Assembly (NCBI GenBank): GCA_030167865.1
Contig: JALAGF010003018.1
Span: forward strand, 1 to 33,258
DNA from: Craspedostauros australis
Lineage: Eukaryota
DNA: 33,258 bases
Direction of reading: 5' to 3'
Shown piece by piece: positions 11,249 through 20,144 of the stretch. The notes beneath the pieces are model-generated. The model was given only the letters and a program-made list of their open reading frames with translations, was not told the origin of the DNA and searched no databases. Numbering within the stretch: the first letter of the stretch is position 1; every line of letters begins with the position of its first letter. A program made the translations under genes and the position numbers.

Positions 11249-12409
11249 GTCGTGTTCGCCACCGGTATGGTCGGATACCCAGAGTCCCTGACGGATCCAT
11301 CCTACCAGGGACAAATCCTCACGCTGACCCAGCCGATGGTTGGTAACTACGGTGTGCCAGACCGCTCCGTCATTGACGAATTCGGTCTCCCAAAGTTCTT
11401 CGAGTCCACCCGCATCCACGCATCCGGACTCCTCGTGCAGGACTACTCCCACCATTACTCTCATTGGAACGCCGCCAGCAGTCTCGGCGATTGGCTCAAG
11501 GAGGAGGGCGTCCCCGGTTTGGCCGGCATCGACACCCGTCTGCTCACCAAGAAGATCCGCGACAACGGCGCCCTCCTTGGACGCATCGAAGTTGATCTGG
11601 AGGCACCACTTCCAAACTTCTCCACCATGGAGAACCCCAACGACCGCCACCTCGTCGGTGAGGTCTCCCTCAAAGAGCCAAAGGTCTACGGAAAGGGAAA
11701 CAAGATCAAGGTCATCGGAGTCGATTGCGGTATGAAGCTCAACATCATCCGCCAGCTGGTCAAGCGCGATGTCGAGCTCACAGTCGTGCCGTGGGATTAC
11801 CCATTCGCATCTGAGATGCACAAGTTCGACGGTCTGTTCCTCAGCAACGGGCCAGGAGACCCGACCATGTGCCAGGTCACCATCAACGAATTGGAGAAGG
11901 TCGTCAACTGCCCGGACAGCGAGGTCAAGCCAATTTACGGTATCTGCCTCGGAAACCAGCTCATGGGATTGGCCGCCGGTGGAAAGGCCGAGAAGCTTCC
12001 ATTCGGAAACCGTGGACAGAACCAGCCCGTCGTCAACCACCAGACGGGTGACTGCTACATCACACCGCAGAACCACGGTTACCACATCAACACCAGCACC
12101 CTCAAGCCAGGCTGGAAGACACTCTTCACCAACGCCAACGACGGATCCAACGAGGGTATCGCCCACGAAACCCGCCCATACTTCACCGCCCAGTTCCATC
12201 CAGAAGCCTCCGCCGGACCCACCGACACCGAGTTCATGTTCGATGTCTTCCTTGAGCATTGCCAGAACCCAACCGGCAAGATCACTTTCCCAGTCCGCCC
12301 GCCACCACCGGAGAGACCACAGGTGCAAAAGATCCTCATGCTCGGATCCGGTGGTACATCCATCGGACAGGCCGGAGAATTCGACTACTCTGGTGGACAG
12401 GCTATCAAG
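11249..12409 (+). CDS. CPS: CPS exon 2 (glutamine amidotransferase domain + start of synthetase domain)
   Basis: LSNGPGDP, GICLGNQ (Cys nucleophile), QNHGY, AQFHPEA (His-Glu), then KILMLGSGGTSIGQAGEFDYSG (CarB N-terminus). Ends AAG|GTGCGT. Confidence 0.97.
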
Positions 12410-12648
12410 GTGCGTTCCTGTGGAGTACGCTGCGAGCACTCTGCATTCACGTGATATTGCCAGCTTGATGCAACGCTTGCCTGGTTGCTTGTCTTTCTAT
12501 TGATTCGCGGTTTTATTGGATGCTCGTTCCCGCTCACAGTTTCTTCTCATCCTTTCGCATGCATTCACGCGCACACACACACAAACACACACGCATGCAC
12601 ACACGTACACACATACATACATAAATCCACCCATGATCACAATCACAG
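12410..12648 (+). other. CPS intron 2 (239 nt, GT-AG, phase 0)
   Basis: GTGCGT...TCACAG. Joins QAIK to ALKEEGKEVVLMNPNIA in frame. Confidence 0.93.
12566..12623. repeat. Imperfect (CA)n/(CATA)n microsatellite in CPS intron 2
   Basis: cacgcgcacacacacacaaacacacacgcatgcacacacgtacacacatacatacata. Confidence 0.85.
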
Positions 12649-15600
12649 GCTCTCAAGGAGGAAGGAAAGGAGGTCGTCCTCATGAACCCCAACATCGCCT
12701 CCGTCCAGACCAACATGGACAAGAAGTCCGAGCACAAGGCCGACCACATCTACTTCTTGCCAGTGACTCCAGAGTTTGTCGAGGAGATCATCGCGAAGGA
12801 AAAGCCAGACGGTATCATCATCAGCATGGGAGGCCAGACCGCTCTCAACTGCGCCGTTGACATGTACCGCGATGGAATCTTCGAAAAGCACGGCGTTGAG
12901 GTTTTGGGAACCCAAATCCCTGTCGTCATCGACACCGAGGATCGTCAGCTGTTCAACGACAAGCTCAACGAGATCGGAGAGAAGATCGCCCAATCCACCA
13001 CCGCCACCAACGTCGAAGATGCCGTCACTGCCGCTGCCGAGATCGGCTACCCATGCATGATCCGATCTGCCTTCGCTCTCGGAGGCCTTGGATCCGGCAT
13101 GTGCAGCGACGAGGCGCACCTGCGCGACATGGCCAAGAAGGCCCTCAGCGTCTCGCCACAGATCCTGGTCGAGAAGAGCATGAAGGGCTGGAAGGAGGTC
13201 GAGTACGAGGTTGTCCGTGACTCTCACGACAACTGCGTCACCGTCTGCAACATGGAGAATTTCGATCCGTTGGGAATCCACACGGGAGACTCCATCGTCA
13301 TGGCCCCATCCCAGACCCTGTCCAACGACGAGTACCACATGCTCCGCGAAACCGCCATCAAGGTCGTCCGTCACCTTGGCATCATCGGTGAATGTAACAT
13401 TCAGTACGCCCTGCACCCAGAATCCATGGAATACTGCATCATCGAGGTCAACCCACGCCTCTCGCGTTCCTCCGCACTCGCCTCCAAAGCAACCGGATAC
13501 CCGCTCGCCTTCGTCGCTGCCAAGCTCTGTCTGGGAATCCCCATGACGGAAGTCATCAACGCCGTCACCAAGCGCACCCAGGCAGCCTTCGAGCCAAGTC
13601 TGGATTACATCGTCACCAAGATCCCACGCTGGGACATGACCAAGTTCGAGGGTGTCAGCACCGAGATCGGATCTGCCATGAAGAGTGTCGGTGAGGTCAT
13701 GAGTATCGGCCGCACCATGGAGGAGTCCCTCCAGAAGGCCATGCGCATGGTCGATCCATCCGTCCTTGGATTCCAGAAGCACGACCGCTTCGAGACCCTG
13801 GAGGACCTGAAGCAGGAACTTGATGTCCCAACCGACCGCCGCCTCTTCGCCATCGCCCAGGCCATGTACGACAAGACCATGACCGTCCAGGAGATCCATG
13901 AGATCACCAAGATCGACCACTGGTTCTTGCGCCGTCTGGAGAACATCGTGAAGACCCGCGATGCCATCGAGCAGTACACCCTCGCCGATTTGCCAGCGGA
14001 ACTCCTCTTGGAGGCCAAGCAGAACGGATACTCCGACATCCAGATCAGCTCCATGATCAAGGGAGGAGCGACCGAAGACGAGGTCCGCGCCAAGCGTGTC
14101 TCCCTCGGCATCGAGCCGTTCGTCAAGCAGATCGACACACTGGCCGCCGAGTACCCAGCCGCCACCAATTACCTCTACATGACCTACCACGGAGACGAAA
14201 ACGACGTGGAACCAGCTGACGGTGGCGCCATCGTGCTCGGAAGCGGCGCGTACCGCATCGGATCTTCCATCGAGTTCGACTGGTGCGGAGTGAGTGCCAT
14301 CCGCGCCCTCAGGCAGATGGGATACCAATCCACCATGATCAACTACAACCCAGAGACCGTGTCCACGGACTACGACGAATGCGACCGACTCTACTTCGAG
14401 GAGCTCTCCAGGGAGCGCGTCCTCGACATCTACAACCGCGACAAGTCCGACGGTGTCATCGTCTCCGTCGGTGGACAAATCCCCAACGGCCTTGCCATCC
14501 CGCTCGCCAACTCTGGCGTGAACATCCTGGGAACCTCCGCAGACATGATCGACAACGCCGAGGACCGCAACAGGTTCTCTGCCATGATCGACGAGATCGG
14601 CGTCCAGCAACCAAAGTGGCTCGAGCTCACCAGCACCCAAAGCGCCCTTGACTTCGCCAACGACGTCGGTTACCCAGTCCTCGTCCGTCCTTCCTACGTG
14701 CTTTCCGGAGCCGCCATGAACGTGGCCTGGAGCGACGAGCAGCTCAAGGCATTCCTCAACGAGGCTGCCACCGTCTCCAAGGACCACCCAGTCGTCATCT
14801 CTGACTTCATCGAGGGTGCCGTCGAGATCGAGTTCGACGGTGTCGGACGCAAGGGTGAGATCATCGCCGCTGCCATCCACGAGCACATTGAGAATGCTGG
14901 CGTCCATTCTGGAGATGCCACCCTCGTCCTCCCACCGCAGGAACTGTCCGCCTACACCCAGCAGCGAGTCCGTGACGCTGCTGAGAAGATCGTGCGCCGA
15001 CTGGACATCACAGGTCCAGTCAACATCCAGTTCGTGGCGAAGGGAACCGACGTCATGTGCATCGAGACCAACGTCCGCGCCTCCCGATCCTTCCCATTCG
15101 TCTCCAAGACCATGGGAGTCGACTTCATCGAGGCCGCCACGAAGGCCATCATCGGTCAACCCACCGATGACATGAACCTCCCGGACCTGACCACGCGCGA
15201 CCGCCCAAGCCAGTTCGTCGGTGTCAAGGCGCCCATGTTCTCCTTCACGCGTCTCCGTGGATCTGACCCAGTCCTCGGTGTCGAGATGGCTTCTACCGGA
15301 GAAGTCGCATGCTTCGGAGCCACCCGCGAGGAGGCCTTCCTCAAGGCCATGCTCTCCACCGGTTTCCAGCTGCCACGCAAGAACATCCTCGTCTCAGTCC
15401 AGGCCAGCTTGCAGGATGAATTCACCCACTCTGCCTACCAGCTGCACGAGCTCGGTTTCACCCTGCACGCCACCAAGGCCACCGCCGAAATCCTCAAGGC
15501 CAACCGCGTCCCATGCAAGGTTGTCAGTTACCCAACGGAAGAGGCCACCGAGGATGCACCAAGCGCCATCGAACTGATTAAGAACGACGAGATCTGCATG

Positions 15601-15837
15601 GTCATCAACATCCCAACCCACGAGAGCACCCGCCTGGAGGACAACTTCCAGATGCGCCGCACAGCCGTCGACTTCGGCATTCCGCTTCTCACCAACGTGA
15701 ACCTTGTCAAGTGCTTCGCCAACGCCATCCACGAGCACGAGGGAACCACACACAGCCTCGAGCCAAAGACTTTGTTCGAGCATTACCAAGGGGAGAAGGA
15801 CGCCGATGCCTGGACCGATCCAAACGAATTCCATTAA
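12649..15837 (+). CDS. CPS: CPS exon 3 (two ATP-grasp domains, oligomerisation domain, C-terminal MGS-like domain). Spliced product about 1513 aa; CPS III-like / urea-cycle (unCPS) type
   Basis: RSAFALGGLGSG, GWKEVEYEV, GIHTGDS, IEVNPRLSRSSALASKATGYP, LGSGAYRIGSSIEFDW, RPSYVLSG, AGVHSGDA, EMASTGEV. Stops after the MGS domain with no DHOase/ATCase, so not CAD. Strong C-ending codon bias. Confidence 0.97.
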   Translation, partial: ALKEEGKEVVLMNPNIASVQTNMDKKSEHKADHIYFLPVTPEFVEEIIAKEKPDGIIISMGGQTALNCAVDMYRDGIFEKHGVEVLGTQIPVVIDTEDRQLFNDKLNEIGEKIAQSTTATNVEDAVTAAAEIGYPCMIRSAFALGGLGSGMCSDEAHLRDMAKKALSVSPQILVEKSMKGWKEVEYEVVRDSHDNCVTVCNMENFDPLGIHTGDSIVMAPSQTLSNDEYHMLRETAIKVVRHLGIIGECNIQYALHPESMEYCIIEVNPRLSRSSALASKATGYPLAFVAAKLCLGIPMTEVINAVTKRTQAAFEPSLDYIVTKIPRWDMTKFEGVSTEIGSAMKSVGEVMSIGRTMEESLQKAMRMVDPSVLGFQKHDRFETLEDLKQELDVPTDRRLFAIAQAMYDKTMTVQEIHEITKIDHWFLRRLENIVKTRDAIEQYTLADLPAELLLEAKQNGYSDIQISSMIKGGATEDEVRAKRVSLGIEPFVKQIDTLAAEYPAATNYLYMTYHGDENDVEPADGGAIVLGSGAYRIGSSIEFDWCGVSAIRALRQMGYQSTMINYNPETVSTDYDECDRLYFEELSRERVLDIYNRDKSDGVIVSVGGQIPNGLAIPLANSGVNILGTSADMIDNAEDRNRFSAMIDEIGVQQPKWLELTSTQSALDFANDVGYPVLVRPSYVLSGAAMNVAWSDEQLKAFLNEAATVSKDHPVVISDFIEGAVEIEFDGVGRKGEIIAAAIHEHIENAGVHSGDATLVLPPQELSAYTQQRVRDAAEKIVRRLDITGPVNIQFVAKGTDVMCIETNVRASRSFPFVSKTMGVDFIEAATKAIIGQPTDDMNLPDLTTRDRPSQFVGVKAPMFSFTRLRGSDPVLGVEMASTGEVACFGATREEAFLKAMLSTGFQLPRKNILVSVQASLQDEFTHSAYQLHELGFTLHATKATAEILKANRVPCKVVSYPTEEATEDAPSAIELIKNDEICMVINIPTHESTRLEDNFQMRRTAVDFGIPLLTNVNLVKCFANAIHEHEGTTHSLEPKTLFEHYQGEKDADAWTDPNEFH

Positions 15838-16879
15838 GCTCTTCACCCATGCACGCGTGGTACCATACTCCATGGTATTCGTTGGCATGCACAAGTGGAA
15901 TTAGCTCACACATGCACGAGCCTACGCGCACGAGCATGAAGGGAATAGGGATAAATACAAGTACTCTGGGTATTCATTGACACCCGGCGAATCCGAGAGT
16001 GGGCAGATGGAGACAGACTCTTGATCCCAAATATAACATACTGTTTAGAAAGAAACGCACATACTGCTAGAGTAAGCACATACTGCTACAGTAATTTACT
16101 CTCTATTGCTCTCTTTTCCAGAGAGAGAGAGAGATCGCCTAGGTTGAACTGGACAGCAGGTTGGCAGAATGCGAGAGCAAAGCGTGGACTCACCCAAACA
16201 AGACCACAAACAGCTACGGCTCACGTAGGAGGCAAAGCACGGCTCTACACTATTCTGTGAAGACTACAGAGTTGAGCGCCCACATTTTCGTGATTCTGTT
16301 CAGCACAGTTTCGCTACGAGGAGACAGAACTACGACACGGTTCCATATGATCGGTCGGCGACCCGAACGAGCAATTTATTATTAAGCCTCTCAGACATGC
16401 ACATGGCAGTCACAACGTATCATTTGGGGAGCGAATAGAGTAGCACACGTGTACTGGAGTACTCTATGTGTGGAATGGGGATCCACAAAGATGTGAACCC
16501 GGTTGTTTCGCTATGGGTACCCAAAAAGAACAAGAGGGGAGATGCCGGTCAGCAGTCTTCGCCATCCGCAGGCATGTCCGTATCATGCGCTGTGCAACAG
16601 AAGAGAGGATTCCGGAGGACTCCGCAACAACAACAGCAGAGGAGGACCTCGCGCAACCAACGGGTTGTGGTGCGAACTGGTGGTGCCTCCTCCTCAGCTT
16701 CACACGCACACACACGCCCTCTCTCTCTGGCTCATCTATCTTGCATGCATGTTGCTCCATTAGTGCCATACAGGTGCGAGTATGCATGTTCCAGAGGCTG
16801 ACAGCATCATTGCCACAGTCGAGCAACTTGGAGCGAGGAAGAGCCTGCGGCAAGACAACGCCGGAACAGAGCAGAGGAG

Positions 16880-19800
16880 ATGGCACAGGACACTCCCACC
16901 ACGCCCATCGGCGATGCGCAAGGCAGCATGCTGGCAGCCAACGACCCACGACGACTGCCGGCAGGGGTCTCACCAAAGCAACGCGGCCTCAACGAGACCA
17001 TCACCGGCGATGAGACCTCGGAGATGCTGCCCGTCGTCAACATCGCCGGGATCTACGACGCTCTCGACGCCCCATTTGGTCTGGATGTGTTCAATGCCGC
17101 CATCGCCTTCCTCAACGACCCATCGGACGGATGGCACGATGACGTGTTCGTGAACGGCCGCTTCAAGATTCGCTTCGACAGCGGCGATTCTGCGTGTGAT
17201 CCATCGCATGCTGCCGGGGCCTACTGGGAGCTCCGATCGAAGTTCAACAACAACATCCATGGCATCGTAGGCGGCCAATGCAGCGGAGTTTCCAACATAG
17301 TCGCCATCATGTCAGGGCTGGAAAGCATCCCGCAGGTCTCAACCGCATCGACGTCGCCCATCTTCACAAACAACGCACACAACTACCCCATGTTCTCTCG
17401 AATGGTCTCTCCCGATACTGCATTCGGTCAAGTTGGAGCCATCGTCGGTATGCTCAAGGCGATGGAGTGGGACAACGTCCACATCGTCATGACCGACAAG
17501 CAATTCCCGAGGGACATGACCAAGGCGTTTCGCGAGATCTGGGACTCGACCGACCGCACATCCTACCAAACGTCCGCGCTTACATTCAGGAGTGAGGACC
17601 CCCTCAACCCCACTCGGAAAATCATCGACCCCGATTCTGTCCGACAGGCCATGGAGAGCTTGCCAGCGATCGATTCTGAACGCAACTCGAGGGTCATCCT
17701 GCTGGTGGCGCATGCCCAAGATGTCGGTCAGATCTTGGGCCAGGTAAACGCTGAGGGGCTCGTGCGAGATGATACAATTTGGGTGGGCCCATCTGCGTGG
17801 GCGTTACGGTACATCCCAGAGTTCTCGCCAGAAAAACCATACCCAGGCTACCTTGGTCTGGTCCCCTTCCGCGAAACGAATGAACACTACAGGGATTTCC
17901 TGGATCGTTTCAATGCGCGCCAAGCACAACTGGGGCTCCAGACGTACGATGGATTCGAAGATTACGCCGCCAAAACAATTGTGGACGCGACTGTTTCCAT
18001 AGTCAAAGCAATCGGTCGCGTCCCCGCCGACAGGAGAAGTGATGGCGAAGCAGTAGTTCGGGAAATGCGCAGACTCACCTTCGAGGATGGCCTCAGCGGC
18101 CCGGTCGCTTTTACTGGAACAGGTGACAGGAAAGATCCGACATATTCCATTCTGAATCTTAAGCCAGGCCCAGATCAATCCTACAAGTGGGAGGCGATTG
18201 GCGATGTTTCAGTGCCGTCCAATGGCACTGAGCCCACCTTCACACTCGACCAGCACCAAGTGTGCGTCACGCCGACAGCATTAGACGAGGCCACCGCCTG
18301 CGGAACCATCCCGGCGGCTTCGACCCCTGTGCCTGGTGAGGAATACAGCCTACCATTGTACATCTACTTTGTGCTGGCAGCTGCTGTCCTGGCTCTGGTG
18401 GCCATCGCCTACAAATACACGAAGATCAGATCGAAGAAACGTGGTCTGACGAACGAGATCACGTTGATGGCAAAGCAATTGGAGCTTCAGATGAATGGAA
18501 TCCGGAGGGTGACACAAACGGTGCCCTTCCGCACGGCTGCTACGTATAGCGCACATCAGGCGGAAACGAGCAACACGCCCACAATGATTGGCATTTGGTA
18601 CTGGATGGAAGACCCGCACATGATCGACAGCCATCCCAAGTCCAGGAGGATGCCGGGCACGCGTTACGTTGGGTACAACGCTGCCACGTCGAACCAGATT
18701 GAGAATGCGTTTCAGGAGTACACAAAATCCAACGGTTCCAGCACGTACATACTCGATTCCACACATGTTGCTGCGAAAGACAAGCTTGTCCCGCAGACTG
18801 GACCTCGGTACGAGCTGGACTTCTCCGGGATGACCCAGGTCAACTTGATAACAGAATATCGACGGGGCATCTTTCGGGAAGAGGTGGAGATCGATCTCGA
18901 CTCCGAACATCACGCTCGGCTCCCGCCTCTGCCGAACAGCACAGATGTTGACGATACAAACGACGAGCTGCTGCCCATCGCCGAGGGACAGATCATCCAG
19001 ACGATGAAGAGGCACCCCTTGGATGATGAATGGGCGTATGGGAATGTCCTGATCGATCCATTCCGGGCGCACGCTGCAAAGATTGGCGACGAGCAATCCG
19101 TCGCCTTCGGCATCGAAATAAGCAATACGCTGTCTCAGGTGTTGAAGAATCGCATCAGCTCCGGGTGGTTCCCAATCTTGGCAACGGAACCTGCCGACAC
19201 CGACGCGATGGAGGAGCTGGTCAAGACCATGGGAGACGAAGTCTCTTCTTTGAAAACACCATCCGCCTGGGAGTTATCCAAGGACGGGAGCACGGGCATG
19301 CACGATGGGCGTTTCCCATTGAGGCATGGATCGCGCGAATTCACGAAGGTGCAAGATTACTTTGCAAAGGGACTGTATCCCAGCAGCCGCGAATCGATTG
19401 AAATCGTATCCATCACACGGATTCAGAATCTGCCGCTGTGGCAAACCTACGCAGTGAAAAGGCAGACCATGAAGCTCGCATTCGAGGAAAATCCACAGAC
19501 TATCATCCACAACAAGAGCTACGAGGTGGAGCGCAAGTGGCTGTTTCACGGCACCGTGGAACATAACATCCGCAAGATCCAGCGACAGGGTTTCAACAGA
19601 TCCTTCGCGGGACGCAACGCCGTGGCGTACGGGAAGGGCGTGTACTTCGCCCGCGATTCGTCCTATTCCGTTGACTCAACCTACTCGGTCCCTGATGCGA
19701 ATGGCCTTCAGCACGTATTCATGTGCCGCGTGGCCGTTGGAGATTGGTGCGGCGGGACGTACGGACAGCTGACTCCGAACTCCAAGCCGCACAACCGCTT

Positions 19801-19921
19801 GGAGCTGTTTGATTCGACCGTCGACAATGCCGACAATCCGTCAGTCTTCGTCGTGTACCATGACGCTCAGGCCTATCCCGAGTACCTGGTCAAGTTCCGA
19901 TGCCACCCGCAAACCGATTGA
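16880..19921 (+). CDS. Single-pass membrane protein: Venus-flytrap (ANF_receptor/PBP1) ectodomain - TM - WWE - SH3-like - PARP-family mono-ADP-ribosyltransferase domain (at least 1013 aa; true N-terminus uncertain)
   Basis: VFT: DSACDP, GIVGGQCSGVS, IPQVSTASTSP, YPMFSRMVSPD, WDNVHIV, GLSGPVAF..GDR (aa ~50-443). TM: LPLYIYFVLAAAVLALVAIAY followed by KYTKIRSKKR (aa 491-521). WWE: IWYWMED..Y....SNQIENAF..YELDFSGMTQVNLIT..RRGIFR. PARP: WLFHGT, GFNRSFAG.NA..YGKGVYFA, VFMCRVAVG, FDSTVDN..NPSVFVVYHDAQAYPEYLV. Confidence 0.92.
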   Translation: MAQDTPTTPIGDAQGSMLAANDPRRLPAGVSPKQRGLNETITGDETSEMLPVVNIAGIYDALDAPFGLDVFNAAIAFLNDPSDGWHDDVFVNGRFKIRFDSGDSACDPSHAAGAYWELRSKFNNNIHGIVGGQCSGVSNIVAIMSGLESIPQVSTASTSPIFTNNAHNYPMFSRMVSPDTAFGQVGAIVGMLKAMEWDNVHIVMTDKQFPRDMTKAFREIWDSTDRTSYQTSALTFRSEDPLNPTRKIIDPDSVRQAMESLPAIDSERNSRVILLVAHAQDVGQILGQVNAEGLVRDDTIWVGPSAWALRYIPEFSPEKPYPGYLGLVPFRETNEHYRDFLDRFNARQAQLGLQTYDGFEDYAAKTIVDATVSIVKAIGRVPADRRSDGEAVVREMRRLTFEDGLSGPVAFTGTGDRKDPTYSILNLKPGPDQSYKWEAIGDVSVPSNGTEPTFTLDQHQVCVTPTALDEATACGTIPAASTPVPGEEYSLPLYIYFVLAAAVLALVAIAYKYTKIRSKKRGLTNEITLMAKQLELQMNGIRRVTQTVPFRTAATYSAHQAETSNTPTMIGIWYWMEDPHMIDSHPKSRRMPGTRYVGYNAATSNQIENAFQEYTKSNGSSTYILDSTHVAAKDKLVPQTGPRYELDFSGMTQVNLITEYRRGIFREEVEIDLDSEHHARLPPLPNSTDVDDTNDELLPIAEGQIIQTMKRHPLDDEWAYGNVLIDPFRAHAAKIGDEQSVAFGIEISNTLSQVLKNRISSGWFPILATEPADTDAMEELVKTMGDEVSSLKTPSAWELSKDGSTGMHDGRFPLRHGSREFTKVQDYFAKGLYPSSRESIEIVSITRIQNLPLWQTYAVKRQTMKLAFEENPQTIIHNKSYEVERKWLFHGTVEHNIRKIQRQGFNRSFAGRNAVAYGKGVYFARDSSYSVDSTYSVPDANGLQHVFMCRVAVGDWCGGTYGQLTPNSKPHNRLELFDSTVDNADNPSVFVVYHDAQAYPEYLVKFRCHPQTD

Positions 19922-20144
19922 GCATCATCGATCGCAAAGGTCATCAATCGTGCTCGTTGAGTAGATATGGGGAGGCTCCAATATGCCTCCTCTCTTGCTG
20001 TCCATGCTGTAAACTACGTACCATACACGTTGCATACTCGAGTGTTGTAGGTCGTACAACTATACCACTCTATACCCTTTAGTTTTAAGATTGTATCGCA
20101 CGGACTGGCACTGCTGCGATTGCTGCTGCTGACTTCGATGTTGA

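Noticed and set aside
12643-15159. 838-aa antisense ORF (and the 402-aa antisense ORF at 11231-12439)
   Set aside because: Codon-register mirror of the CPS exons. Biased codon usage that avoids TTA/CTA/TCA removes antisense stops, and the ORFs end near the exon boundaries. No domain motifs.
15862-15878. TACCAT-actcc-ATGGTA hairpin in the CPS 3' UTR
   Set aside because: Only 6 bp, expected by chance; intrinsic terminators do not apply to this eukaryotic gene.
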